From Chrysomallon squamiferum (taxonomy: Eukaryota; Animalia; Mollusca): a stretch of 64,000 bases of DNA. This document shows positions 39,746 to 52,780 of the stretch, piece by piece (position 1 is the stretch's first letter; the number at the start of each line of letters is the position of its first letter). Below the pieces are notes generated by a model. The model saw only the letters and a program-made list of their open reading frames with translations, was not told where the DNA came from and ran no database searches. Location of the stretch: positions 10,106,001-10,170,000 of the forward strand of contig CM022679.1 in assembly GCA_012295275.1 (NCBI GenBank). The letters are read 5' to 3'. The position numbers and the translations under genes are program-made.

Positions 39746-41101
39746 AATTACTGGGGGAAAAAAAAAAAAAAAAAAAATGGCAAAAATTCTAAAAACGTGA
39801 TATCCTCATTATCCTTGAACAATATTTAGATATAAAAAAAAAAAAAAAAACCCTGAAAAAAACATACCTAGAAATTATTACATTTTTAAAAAAAAATTTT
39901 AACCTTCAAAAATTTTAATACAGTTGTTGGAGGAGGCGAGACAGAAGACAGGTGACGACTGATGATTCAGTAGCTTCAGGTGGAGAAAAAAAGCTGCACA
40001 GCATGCTGGTCCCATCTGTCATCGTCTCATCAACTGGGACTGAATTATTCTCTGCAAGGCAACAATACCCCCAGTCACTGGAGCACTGGCAGGCTTCTTT
40101 CCACCCGAGAAGCCTGCACAACACTCGGTTTGTTCGCAGAGCTATAAAAGAGATTAAGAGCTCAGAGCCTACCCTGTGAGCAAACACACATGGGACAAAC
40201 GTCCTCGTTATGCAAGGCAAAGTTGCATAAAATGACTGGGACAAAGACGGCAGTGTGTGTGCAGTGGGTTTTTAAAATGAAGAAGAAGAAAGAATGAAAG
40301 AAAGAAAGAAAAAAAAAAAATTAGTCTTATAATGACGCGATTTGAAAAAAAATGTAAAAATTTTTTTTTTTTTTTTTTTTTTTGGTTAAGGAGAAAAATA
40401 TTTTTAAAAACTAAATAATTTTTTTATTTTTATTTTTATTTTTATTGTTCCTGTTCTTATAACAAAACAAAGAACACAGAACTGCTGAAAGTTTCGTAAG
40501 ATGGTTGACCCAAGGTGATCCTGACCTTGTTCGACCTGCGACCTCACGACCTCAGACAAATGCCTCAAATCTTCTGGTACTGAAAAGGTTGTGTTTTTAC
40601 CACCAGCGGAGGTTTGTGTTTGTTAGTGAGTTATTTATCCAAACCACACAATGGCTTTTCTGATGCTCAGGTGAAGTGAAAAAACCAACAACAATAACAT
40701 AATAATATCAGCTCATTATTTCTGATAACCATTTGTCAACAATTTTTTTTTTTTTTTCTCTTCAAGATTTTTAAGGTGTTCTGTGCAGAGTGTTAAAGAA
40801 AGGGAACAAAATATCTTGAAGTGGAAAGTGAATGATGTATAATGTTGATAAATTATCAGGTTCAATATCTGAAGATATCAGGTATTCTGAAGTAGTAAAT
40901 TTATCTTTCAAACACACGATGATTCAAATTGAAATCGGTATAAAATAAAAAAATTAAAAAATAACAATAAAATAAAATAATAATAAATATTGAAAAGACA
41001 ATTAATGTCTAACAATAAATATTATTAAAAAAAATAAACAAAAAACAGTTGGTAGCAGTAGAAGTAGCTGTAGCATCTGCAGTAGTAGTAGTAGTAATAA
41101 C

Positions 41102-41158
<57 letters not shown>

Positions 41159-41326
41159 CATAATATTAAAACATTTTTTTTTTTTAAATATAAAAAAATA
41201 AACCCAACAGATACATAACAACAACCACAACAATAAAAATCTTTATAAAAAAAATTCCTCTAACAATAAAAACAAAAACAAACTAAATTAACACATAATC
41301 ATCACAACATTTTTTTATCAACTTAC

Positions 41327-41435
41327 CTTTTAAAATATGCTTCAGTTCTTTGGCCGCCTTGTTGGACGTGAACTTGTTCACAATGTCCAGCGCTGTCTGG
41401 TCGTAAGAGTTTGGCTTGTTTACATCAATGCCACA
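41327..41435 (-). CDS. CASKIN: Caskin exon F (last ankyrin repeat and linker, phase 0 to 1)
   Basis: ctttcag|TGT GGC...AAA G|gtaagt; 109 nt; CGIDVNKPNSYDQTALDIVNKFTSNKAAKELKHILK. Confidence 0.95.
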
Positions 41436-41704
41436 CTGAAAGCAGAGAAGAGTTATCACAGAACTGGCACCACATGTTTACAATGAGACGTTTACAATGA
41501 GACGACGTTTACGAAACAAGAACGTTTACGCTCACCACTGACTGCACCCAGTGATTCGCTAGCTAGTGTGTGTCTGTCTGTCTGCCTGCCTGCCTACCCA
41601 CTTTGCCCAGCTGATCTGCACAGTAGTGGATCAGAATGCAGATACATGTACACAACTGTGTGTGTGAATAGTGAGTGCAGGCTTTGGTAATCTTATTACA
41701 CAGA

Positions 41705-41737
<33 letters not shown>

Positions 41738-43039
41738 GGTTATAACAGATTACTAAAGATGGATAATTTTTTTTAAATTGTCAATAATAGTCTGTAGAAA
41801 ATAATTATTTTTAAAATTATTTATAACAGATTTTTTTTTTTTTTTTTTTTTTATTTATATATAATAGTTGATTGATAATATTTATTTTATTTATTTTAAA
41901 TAATAGTCGATATAATATATAATTATTGTTTAAATTAAAATAATGGTTAATAATATATCTTTTAAAATTATGTATAATAAGCCTGTTTGTTCTGAATTCA
42001 TAAAAACTGTGATAATGTTTGTTTATTTTAAAGAAAGAAAATATTTTAATTCATAAATATTTATTAAAATTATCGCTGAACTTCATGACTGAAAAAAGTT
42101 AAAACGAAATAAAACAACAGAACAAAGTCTATTATTATTAGATGGGGAAAAAACTGTGTGAGTGTTTGTACTGTGTGTACTTATTTCAATATGCTTTTTA
42201 ATTAATTTATTATTAGATTAACTCTATAAAACTCATTGACATCACATTAATTTTAAATTAAAAAAAAAAAAAAAAAATTAATGTAAATTTTTCTTTATTA
42301 TAAAGAAGATTTTTTTTTTTGGGGGTCATATATGTAATATTTCTTCCTTTCCTCTGCTTTTCTTGGTTTATCTTTTATTTCTTGTTCTCATTATTTACAT
42401 TTCTTTCATTCTCTCTTTCAGACACACACACATAAACATACACATGTGTATGTATGTATGTATGTATGTATGTGTGTGCATGTATGTATGTATATGTGTA
42501 TGCATGTATATGTATATATGTATAGACACACACAAACACTTAAAAGGTAATTATTAATATTCAGATCTATTGACATTTGTTACCCAATGTGGTTAACTAA
42601 CAAAAACAGCAACGATTTTAACTGATCTTTACATATTAATTACTCTGCATTTCATGTCACTTTATTTTCTTTTCTCCTTCTGTATCAAGATTTCTTCCTT
42701 TCACCACCTATCACAAAATGCGTCTTCACATTATCTGTGCACAGCCAATTTGCATTTTATGGTTTATTTATCTACCAGCAAAAACCTTACTGCACTAAAT
42801 ATGCAAACTTCTTATATCAACAACTGCATTGTAAAACTCACCAATGTTGATATAAGAATTTACTCTGGTAATAAATCTTATAAATAATACACTTTCTATC
42901 ATCTGTACATAAACAAAAAAGCCCCTTTGACCTAGAGAAAATTAACAAGCTTAATTTGTATGACAGACACATAGCCAAAATATGCTAGGAAGTGAATGAA
43001 ATAATTAGATACCCATATCGAATGACAGAGAATGCAAGG

Positions 43040-43600
43040 GTAACATGGTAACAGTATATCTGCATTGTTATGTAAGCAGTCTGTAGTTGAAAGTCCAGTT
43101 TTAACACTTCGTTGGTAACATTTTATCTGTGTTATGTCAGCATTCTACAAGTTTTAACAAGTTATTGGTGATATATGTCCTGAACTTTCTGTTTACTGCA
43201 GTTTTAAACTATGACGTTGGTAATATATTTGTATTATGAATCATTCTATATTCATTATACAAATTTTAACATGTTATTGGTAATATGTTATCCAAACTTA
43301 CTGTTTACTAGTTTTAAATATATGGAGATATGGAGATAGTAATATATTTATATTATGAATGCATTCTATATTCATTATACAAGTTTTAACACATAACTGG
43401 TAAAATATTATTAAAATTTTCTCCATTTACTACAGTGGTTTTAATATACAGGGTTGGTAACATATTTGTATTATTAACATGTTCTGTATCACTCATGCAA
43501 ATTTTAATAGGTTATTGGTAATATATTACCTAAACTTTATTAATACATAGGGTTGGTCACATGTCTGGATTATCTAAACTTTATCTATTATATATATTTA
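43040..43600. repeat. Diverged ~55-65-bp tandem repeat
   Basis: Recurrent gttttaac....ttggtaatatatt. Confidence 0.7.
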
Positions 43601-45222
43601 CATTATTTTTTTTTTAAATTAATATCTCTTTTATTTAAATTTTAATTTAAATAATAATTGATAATATATCTGCTTTCTCAAACCTTTTTCTTTTTTTTGG
43701 TGTAAACATTTGATTTACTAGTTAAATTAATTAACACTAAATAGTAAATAGGTGTGCATAAAATCTGAATCTCCATATGTGCATACACCAATTTTTTTTT
43801 TAACAATAAAGAAAATGAAAAAAAATAAAAAATTCAGATAAATATAAAACTATTAATCTGATTAAAACAATTAACAAGGAATGTATAAGGTTTGAAAAAT
43901 TAAATTAACTACAAATTAAAATAAATGTATGAAGTTCACCTACTTTAGTCATTCTCATTCGAATGTAACTTGGTCTTCCTGCCATGGATTTAGATATGAA
44001 CCAGTTGTATTTTTCATTAGACATCTTTATAAATTAATTATATCCACAAGTTTAAAAAATTCCAAGAAAAAGATCCAGCAACACACTTATATGAATCCAT
44101 TTTCGTAAAGAATTAAATTTCACTTTAAAAAACAGCACTTTTAATATTATAAAAAGGAAAAAAAAGAAAAAAAAAGAAAAAAAGAAAGGAAAGCCACTTT
44201 TGTAAAATCCAGTGAAATTATTTGTTTTCGTTTTTTTCTTAACAATTCAAAAAAACCTCACAATGTTACGAATTCAATGAAATTTTATATGAATTTTGAT
44301 TTCTTTATATTTTTCCAATACACAACTCAATTTCATAAGCAACAACAAAAAGAAACAATAGATCTCCCTTCCATGAAATTAATTGAAATTTTGAAGGTGT
44401 TTTTTTTTTTTTTTAAGGATATAGTTAAGATCCTAATAAATATTAAAGAACAAGAAAAAAAGAAACAGTTCTTTGAATTATTTGCTAATCAGCTGATACG
44501 TTTTTTGAGGAAAAGTTAACAACAAAAAACTATCTTATTATTAATTAACTCTTAAACGCAGGAACAAGAAAAAAAAAGAGGATAAAAATCCAGATTAATA
44601 TTTTGGCGATTGTTTCCAAAACAGCAAAGAAAATGTAAACACAAAAAATATTCCTATAATTCCTGGTAAACATTTATATTATGATTATGTCATTCCAGCA
44701 GAACAGTACAAAATTCAACAGAAGAATCAAAATCAAAATCATCTAATCCAGAAGTATTTGTATTTCTTGATGTTTTTCCATGTTTTGTATTAAAGCAAGT
44801 TACCAGTTCAGTAAATATTCCTATAAATTCAGGCCCAGTTGAAAATTGCTGTATTTTCCTTCATCTTTTGCAATAATATAACTGAGAACTGATCCAAGAA
44901 ATAGAGAGAAATTAAAAAAAAGATTTCAGTAAATCAGAAAACATTTGTAATTTTTAGTACAAGATATAAATAATATAGCAAAGAAATGATCCTCAAAAAA
45001 CAAAGAAACAGAAAAATAAAAACATTTATATAAATCAGAGTATATTTGAAATTTTTAGTTATGAATTTTTAATTATTATTTTTTTTTTGCAACAGAGAGT
45101 CAAATCAAGAAACTAAAACAGAAAAAACCCCAAAACAAACAACAAACATTTCTATAAATCCTGATAAATTTGCAATTTCAGAACTGAATCTCCACAACTT
45201 TCTGAAAACACCAAAGAACAAG

Positions 45223-45253
<31 letters not shown>

Positions 45254-45629
45254 AAGAAAGACATCCATTCTCACAACTCCAGGAAAAGATTATTGTGTAT
45301 TTTACTACTTGGGCCAACATCTAACCCAGTAAACACCAGCAAAAGAAAACAGGTGTGACTGATTATATCAGAAATGAAGTAAACACAAACATTTCAACAC
45401 GCTTTTAACCTCTGTTTTGCACAAAATGAAGGAATTCCTCAGTAAGTTGGGTAATAAAGGAAAGTCAAAAGAAACGGTTACCACCATCAATCAACAAGAC
45501 TGTTGAAATAAAAAAAAAAAAAAAAAAAACAACACTTATGGAGATTAAATCGATTGTAAACATGACTTCCAAATTAGTACATTGGTTGTAACTTGCAGGT
45601 GAAAAACAACAAGCAATAATTCACAGAAT

Positions 45630-46130
45630 TCTAAGGAGTAAATCCCCAAATCCAATGTAGTAAATCCCAAAATCCAAAATAGAAAATTTCAAAAACCTAG
45701 GCACTAAAATCCAAAATCAAATGTAGTAAATCCCAAAATCCAGTACAGAAAATTCCAAAATCCTAGCAGTGAATCCCAAAATCTGATATAGTGAATGCCA
45801 AAATCCAATGTAGTAAATCCTGAATCCAATATAGAAAATTCTAAAACCCAAAATCCAGAATAGTAAATTCTAAATTGTAAGCAGTAAACTTCAGAATCCT
45901 AAGTAGCAAATACCAAAATCCAAAAGCACTAAATCCAAGAATTCTAAACAGCAGTATCATAATCCTAAGCAATAATAAACAAATCCTTAGCTTAAATCCC
46001 CAAACCTCCAAGCAGCTAATCAGAGACTCCCTAGCTGTAAATCTCAGAAAACTAAGAAATAAATCCCAGAATCCCAAGCAGTATATCCCAAAATGCTAAG
46101 CAGCAAATCCTAGAATCCTAAGTAATAAAT
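45630..46130. repeat. ~21-bp diverged minisatellite
   Basis: Recurrent aaatcccaaaatcctaagtagt. Confidence 0.85.
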
Positions 46131-47473
46131 TCTTCTCCCCCAAAATTAAAATTATTCAAAGAAAACATGTCCAACTTATTCATCATGGAACGTAACAGGA
46201 AAACAATTACTGGGTGCTTATGAACTTGAATATTAAAAAAAAAAAAAAAAAAGCAAAATTGCTAAGAGAAATACCTAAAAAATATGCACTGACATTAAAT
46301 AAAAGATCAGATCTGATAATAGCTTATGACATACAGAAACAAATATGTTATGGCGAAATGAAATTGCATTAATACATTAAGTTCCATAGCAAGTATAAGT
46401 AGAAACAGCTCTAAAAACAATGTGTATATGTGTGTGTGTGTGTGTGTGTGATATTCCTCTCTATTTATACTTACAAGATATTAAAGTGCCTAACCTCCTG
46501 CCAGCCGGAAGATATAGACATCAATAGTGATGAGGATTGAGGGATTTTTTTACAGGGCGTAAATGTCACAACAGAGATAAAACCATCAAGATAAAGTATG
46601 GGCAACCTGTTTCTTAACTGTATCATGCTCTCCTTATACTAACACGAAAAATGTAGGTTAATTTTGTTAAATAGTGAAGCACTTGTAGATTGATTCAGAG
46701 AAGACAAGAGGAATCCCATTACTTAAATTGAGCTTTCAGATGTAGAATGGGTTTTTTTTTTTTTTTTTTTTTTTTTGTAATGGAATAAATATTAATTAAA
46801 ATGAGAAGTTTTCAGAATGATTGGCAGACCATTGGTGACATTATTGTTTCAGTTTGAAATTTTGAATTGTTTATAACCAAATCATACGCGTAAATAAATA
46901 AAAGATATTAATTAATTAGTTAATTAAAATAAATGAATAAATTAATGAAATTTGTAATTTTAATTGAGAGAGAAAGAAAGAGGAAGAGATTTAGAAATAC
47001 TTCATCCAGAGAGAGAGATGGAAAGAAATATATCTAGAGAGAAAGAAAAAGAAAGAGAAACAGACTGACAAACAAGAAGAACTGAATTTTGCTATTCCTA
47101 TTTCAGTGTGTAAGTAATTTATAAAATAAATGTGACAACTTCGGAACAAAATTATTCCCTGTGCTATCGTTAGTTTGGTTATGAGTTTGTTAAGTGTTAT
47201 AGCAAATTGTTCACAGCAACTCTCAAAATACAACAAAAGCCTTCAGTTTTACTGAGTTCATAAAAATATACTCCCAGGAGTGAGATGAATATGAGAAATA
47301 AATGAAGAGCTTGTCAAATAAAATGACAAACACTCCAGACTACTTCATCTTGGTATCAAACATTTCATCTTTTTATTTCAACTTAATGCAGTTAGAACAT
47401 GAATTCAAATTATTGGAATTGTTCTATATGTTTTATGGCCATCATTTTAAATTGTCTCTAAACAGCATCTTTA

Positions 47474-47513
<40 letters not shown>

Positions 47514-48385
47514 ACGTCTCATAATATGATATGAGTAATATTTAAGCTTCATGTACATTTTTATTTCATTAGTTGTATTATTTTTGTTATTGTTGTTGTT
47601 GTAAATAACATCTTTAAACCTATAAATGTATATAGAAGTATGTCTCATAATACAAGATGAGAAACATAACCTTCATGTATATTTTCATTTCATTAGTAAT
47701 GTCATTTTTGTTACAGTTGTTATTAAAAGATACTGGCTATGAAACTCTTGTGTTAGTTACTACCAACTTTCTTTTCATTTAATTTTTTTTCTTTCCAAGT
47801 TTTCTACTTATGTCTTGTCTTTTCTGTTTATATTAATGTGTATCTCACTCTAATCTGTATCTATATGTGTCTGTGCATCCACTTTCCATTCTGTATTTAT
47901 TGTTTTCCCTTTCTCCCTCTCTCCTTCTCTCCCTTCTTCTCTTTATCTTTTCTCTCCCTTTCTCTTTTTCTCCCCTTTCTCTCCTTCTCTCCTTTTTTCC
48001 TCTCTCCCTCCCTTGCCAAGTAACTTTAAAATTAAAGCCTATTTCAAATGATAGCAGCTACATTACGGTATGTTACTAGTGCCAACACATCCAGATAAAC
48101 TCTGACCACGAGGCCATGTGCAGTACTGAAAGACAGATCAGTCTTTTCATCAGAGCTGGAACTGATACAGCCAGTTGTGTGTCAGGCAGAGAGAAAGCTG
48201 GCAGTCTATGGCCAGGTACCTGAGCCATCCTCGGTGTCAGTGTTATCAGCAGGGTGTTCAAGTTTTATTTCACAAACACGCTCATCACTCTGAATCTTCA
48301 AACTTCTCACATGTTCACTGCAGCTGGACAGTTTATCTTTTTATCTCTTGCAGGAAACTTGGTGATGCAGCCCTTGTGTTTTGTG

Positions 48386-48440
<55 letters not shown>

Positions 48441-50009
48441 GTGTGTGTGTGTTTATGTGTTGTGATGTGTTGTGTGTGTTGTTGATGCTGCCTCATGAGA
48501 GACAGAGACAGAGACAGAGACAAAGACAGAGACAAAGAGACAGAGACAGAGAGAGCAAGAGCAAGAGAGTGAGAGAAAAAAGAGAAAGACCATTAATCTT
48601 TTACATATAAAAATGTACATAGTTAATTTGTAATTTTTAAAGTTTTCTCTGACTTAAATTTTCTTAAGGTAACAATTCTTAGCCATTTCTGGAAAAGAAG
48701 AACATTGACTTAGAACTCCTCTGATACTGTGATGTAATTTCTAACGATGAAAAAGATGAGATTATTTCAACAAGCACATATGTACTCAAGTATAATATTT
48801 AAAAACAATTTCTTTTTCCTCATATAGTATACTTTGTTTTGACAAAATTACATGGTTTGCTCAATTTTCCAGTCTTGTTTTACTGCTAATTAACTGATAA
48901 CATTTTAAAAGAAACTTATTTTTTTTCTCATGAAAACACAGTCAAAGCTAACAATAAAATATTTTTCATTGTTTTATATAGATTATATTCATGTATGTAC
49001 CAAATTCTATAATAATAATAATAATAATATTTCTTTAAAAATAAGAAGTTTAAAAAATAAATGAAACATATTGTAAGAATATAAAAACCAGTAAAAAAAA
49101 TAATAATAATATTAATAATACAACTAGAAATTACCTTAATTAGTAAAGAAATGAATGAATGAATGAATGAATATGGAAGTATACTCATTGAAGTTGACAG
49201 TGAATATCTTGTTTTTTTTAATATCCTAGTTAATCATCTGATAAAAATCATGTAAAAATAATAATAAACAACTGCTAATATCTGCTGAATGAATCATTGA
49301 TATAAATTTTTTATTTTTGTTTGTTTATTTTTTTTTTTCCTAAAATCAATTTTTCTAAATGTTTATTTAAGTCTGGGATTGCTTTTTGTGACACCCCCCC
49401 ACTTTTAATTTTTTTGTTTTGTTCAAAAGAACAAATTTAATAGTCATTTTAAAAAGTAAAAAAAGCTATTTATTTTAAATTTAAAGAATCGGTTGCGTTT
49501 TTTTTTTGATATTTCTTTTTATGAATATTTAAATAATTTTAACTCAATATTAAATTTAAAAGAAATAAGCGTATTTACTATATTGTAGTTCAGTGACTTT
49601 TAATTTATATATGTGTCTGCATTTGTGTGTGTGTGTGTGTGTTTGTTTGTGTGTGTGTGTGTGTGTGTGTGTCTGTGTCTGTGTATGTAAACAGAACCTA
49701 TGTATGTGAACTTGTAATGTTATCATTTACATTTTTTTTGAACAAAAATTTAAAAACAAAATTCTTCAAAGAATGCAATTTACTTTACCTTCTTTCTACT
49801 TCATGTATCAAACATTTTTTTTTAAAAAAAATTATTTTTATTTATTTTTCAAGACTATGAACACCAGCCAAGCTTTCTACACTACCATACCAATAAGTTG
49901 TAGATCACCTTTCAGTAGAAAACGCACCTGTAATATTTCATGGCCGTACAAAGTGGCAGGTGGCAGTTACAGGTAATCATCAGACTTCTTACAAACATCA
50001 ATTACCTAC

Positions 50010-50027
50010 CTGGAAACAATTCTTCAT
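50010..50027 (-). CDS. Candidate alternative first coding exon joining exon F
   Basis: ATG AAG AAT TGT TTC CAG|gtaggt; MKNCFQ, phase 0, giving MKNCFQ-CGIDVNK. Confidence 0.4.
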
Positions 50028-50154
50028 TTGAAAAAAAAAGCCAGATAAAAGGAAATGACTCAACTGTGTACTGAAGTAAGGGTTCATGTCGGTTGACTGG
50101 TGTGTGTGTGGTGTACACTCGTATTAACTAACACTTTGTTTCTCAATTCTTTCA

Positions 50155-51065
50155 GCGTGCCACTGGTTTAGCATGTAGTGTGCCACTGTTTAGAATGTAG
50201 CATGCCGCTGTTTAGAATGTAGCATGCCACTGTTTAGAATGTAGAATGCCGCTGTTTAGAATATAGCATGCCACTGTTTTGTATATAGTGTGCCACTGTT
50301 TAGAATACAGCATGCCACTGTTTAGAATATAGCATGCCGCTGTTTTGTATGTAGCGTGCCACTGTTTAGAATACAGCATGCCACTGTTTAGAATGTAGCA
50401 TGCCACTGTTTAGTATGTAGCGTGCCACTGTTTAGAATGCAGCGTGCCACTGTTTAGAATACAGAGTACCACTGTTTAGAATACAGAGTGCCACTGTTTA
50501 GAATACAGAGTGCCACTGTTTAGAATACAGCATGCCACTGTTTAGAATATAGCATGCCACTGTTTAGAATGTAGCATGCCACTGTTTAGAATACAACATG
50601 CCACTGTTTAGAATATAGCATGCCACTGTTTAGAATATAGCATGCCACTGTTTAGAATGTAGCATGCCGCTGTTTAGAATATAGAGTGCCACTGTTTAGA
50701 ATATAGAGTGCCACTGTTTGAAATATAGTGTGCCACTGTTTAGTATGTAGTGTGCCACTGTTTAGAATGCAGCATGCCACTGTTTAGAATACAGCATGCC
50801 ACTGTTTAGAATACAGCATGCCACTGTTTAGAATATAGCATGCCACTGTTTAAAATATAGCATGCCGCTGTTTAGAATGTAGCATGCCACTGTTTAGAAT
50901 ACAGCATGCCACTGTTTAGAATGTAGCATGCTATTGTTTAGAATATAGCATGCCACTGTTTAAAATATATCATGCCACTGTTTAGAATACAGCATGCCAC
51001 TGTTTAGAATACAGCATGCCACTGTTTAGAATATAGCATGCCACTGTTTAGAATACAACATGCAC
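50155..51065. repeat. Homogeneous 22-bp minisatellite, ~41 copies
   Basis: Unit gccactgtttagaatatagcat. Confidence 0.97.
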
Positions 51066-51772
51066 TTTATGGTAAGTCAAGACATTTTCTTCCAGCTATA
51101 CAGTACATGTCACATAAGGACATACCCAAGTTTAGAAATAGAAAACATTTGGACTGAAGTTGATAACATTTGTAAAATGCCAGTCATATTTTGCTCCTTG
51201 CCTCCTATAGGTGAGGATTATATATAGACAATTTACATGGTCATCATACTTTGTACTATATACAGAACTGGAAAATACCAAAGTTTAAAATTTTTTTAAA
51301 AATCCATAAAACCAACCTTTAGACTAAAGTGGTAACGTTTCCAAATTTTATTATCTGCTGATGAAGAATACATAAATAATAAATACACAGCCAATTAGAC
51401 ATTATATTTGGAACCATAATTTAAGAAAAATTTTAACTGTAATATTGGTAATATCTTATGCAATCTCTGAAATGTGAAATACCTCTTGCATGTTGATGAA
51501 AAATATAAATGACTTTAAAATTTCTGAATACGAAGCCTATCATTTACTGTACACTGAAATGATTCACAGCAAACCTAATAACAGATTTCTACATTTGTTC
51601 AAACTGTGAAGAACAATATTTCTGCTTCTTCATGGACAACACATTTCACTTCATAAACGAAAAAGAAAACAAGTCTGGCAATCAGTGTTGATGAAAAACA
51701 TGTACAAACTTTCAATACTAAAAAAACATGACCATCTTTTTATATGCTACAGTTGTTATCTTCAATATTTTG

Positions 51773-51871
<99 letters not shown>

Positions 51872-51903
51872 TAATAATAATAATAATCATCATCATCATC
51901 ATC

Positions 51904-51939
<36 letters not shown>

Positions 51940-52299
51940 AATAAAATAAAAAAATAAAAATTTCCAAAAAACTTTAAATCTATCTGATATGAAACCCAAA
52001 ATTTCAAAAATCTCATCTAAAACACCCAAGCCTTTACTCTCAAGCCTGGAGGGATACACAACTCCATACTAGTGCAAAGTGGTCCAGAAAAACAAACATG
52101 TGGACATGTTTATTTGCAGAACAGTAAAGCTGTCTAGCAGCTCCTAAATAAAAGACTCGTGCTGGTGTGTAATTACAAACACCTGTCTGCCCTGCACATC
52201 AGACTGCGATCATCAAGTCATCTCACATTTTTATAAACCAGTCACTCAAGTGGAAATACAAGTCAACAGGAGTTAAAAATAAAGAAAAAGAAAAGCTTG

Positions 52300-52780
52300 T
52301 CTCTACACATAGGTTGATAATCGCAGTCTACCCACAGGAGACTGATAATCACTATCTTCTCAAAGGAGGTTGGTAATCACTAGCTACACATAGGAGACTG
52401 ATAATCACTATCAACACACAGGAGACTGATAATCACTATCTTCCACAGGAGACTGATAATCACTATAGTCACAATTCCACAAACCTGGGGTACCAAAAAT
52501 AATAATAACAAGAACAACAATAAATAATAGGAGACTGGTAATCACTATCTTCCCATAGGAGACTGATAATCACTTTCTGCAGATAGGAGACAGGTAATCA
52601 CTGTCTACACATAGGAGACTGATAATCACTATATACACATAGCAGATGATAATCAATATCTACTCTTCCATAGGAGACTGATAATCACTATCTACCCATA
52701 GGAAAATGATCACTATCTACTCATAGGAGACTGATAATTACTATCTTCTCAAAGGAGATTGATAATCACTATCTTCACAT
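52300..52780. repeat. ~28-bp minisatellite, interrupted once
   Basis: Unit ataggagactgataatcactatctacac. Confidence 0.9.

Noticed and set aside
50155-51065. Possible CRISPR-like array
   Set aside because: Head-to-tail 22-bp units with no unique spacers, in a eukaryotic intron, with no cas genes.
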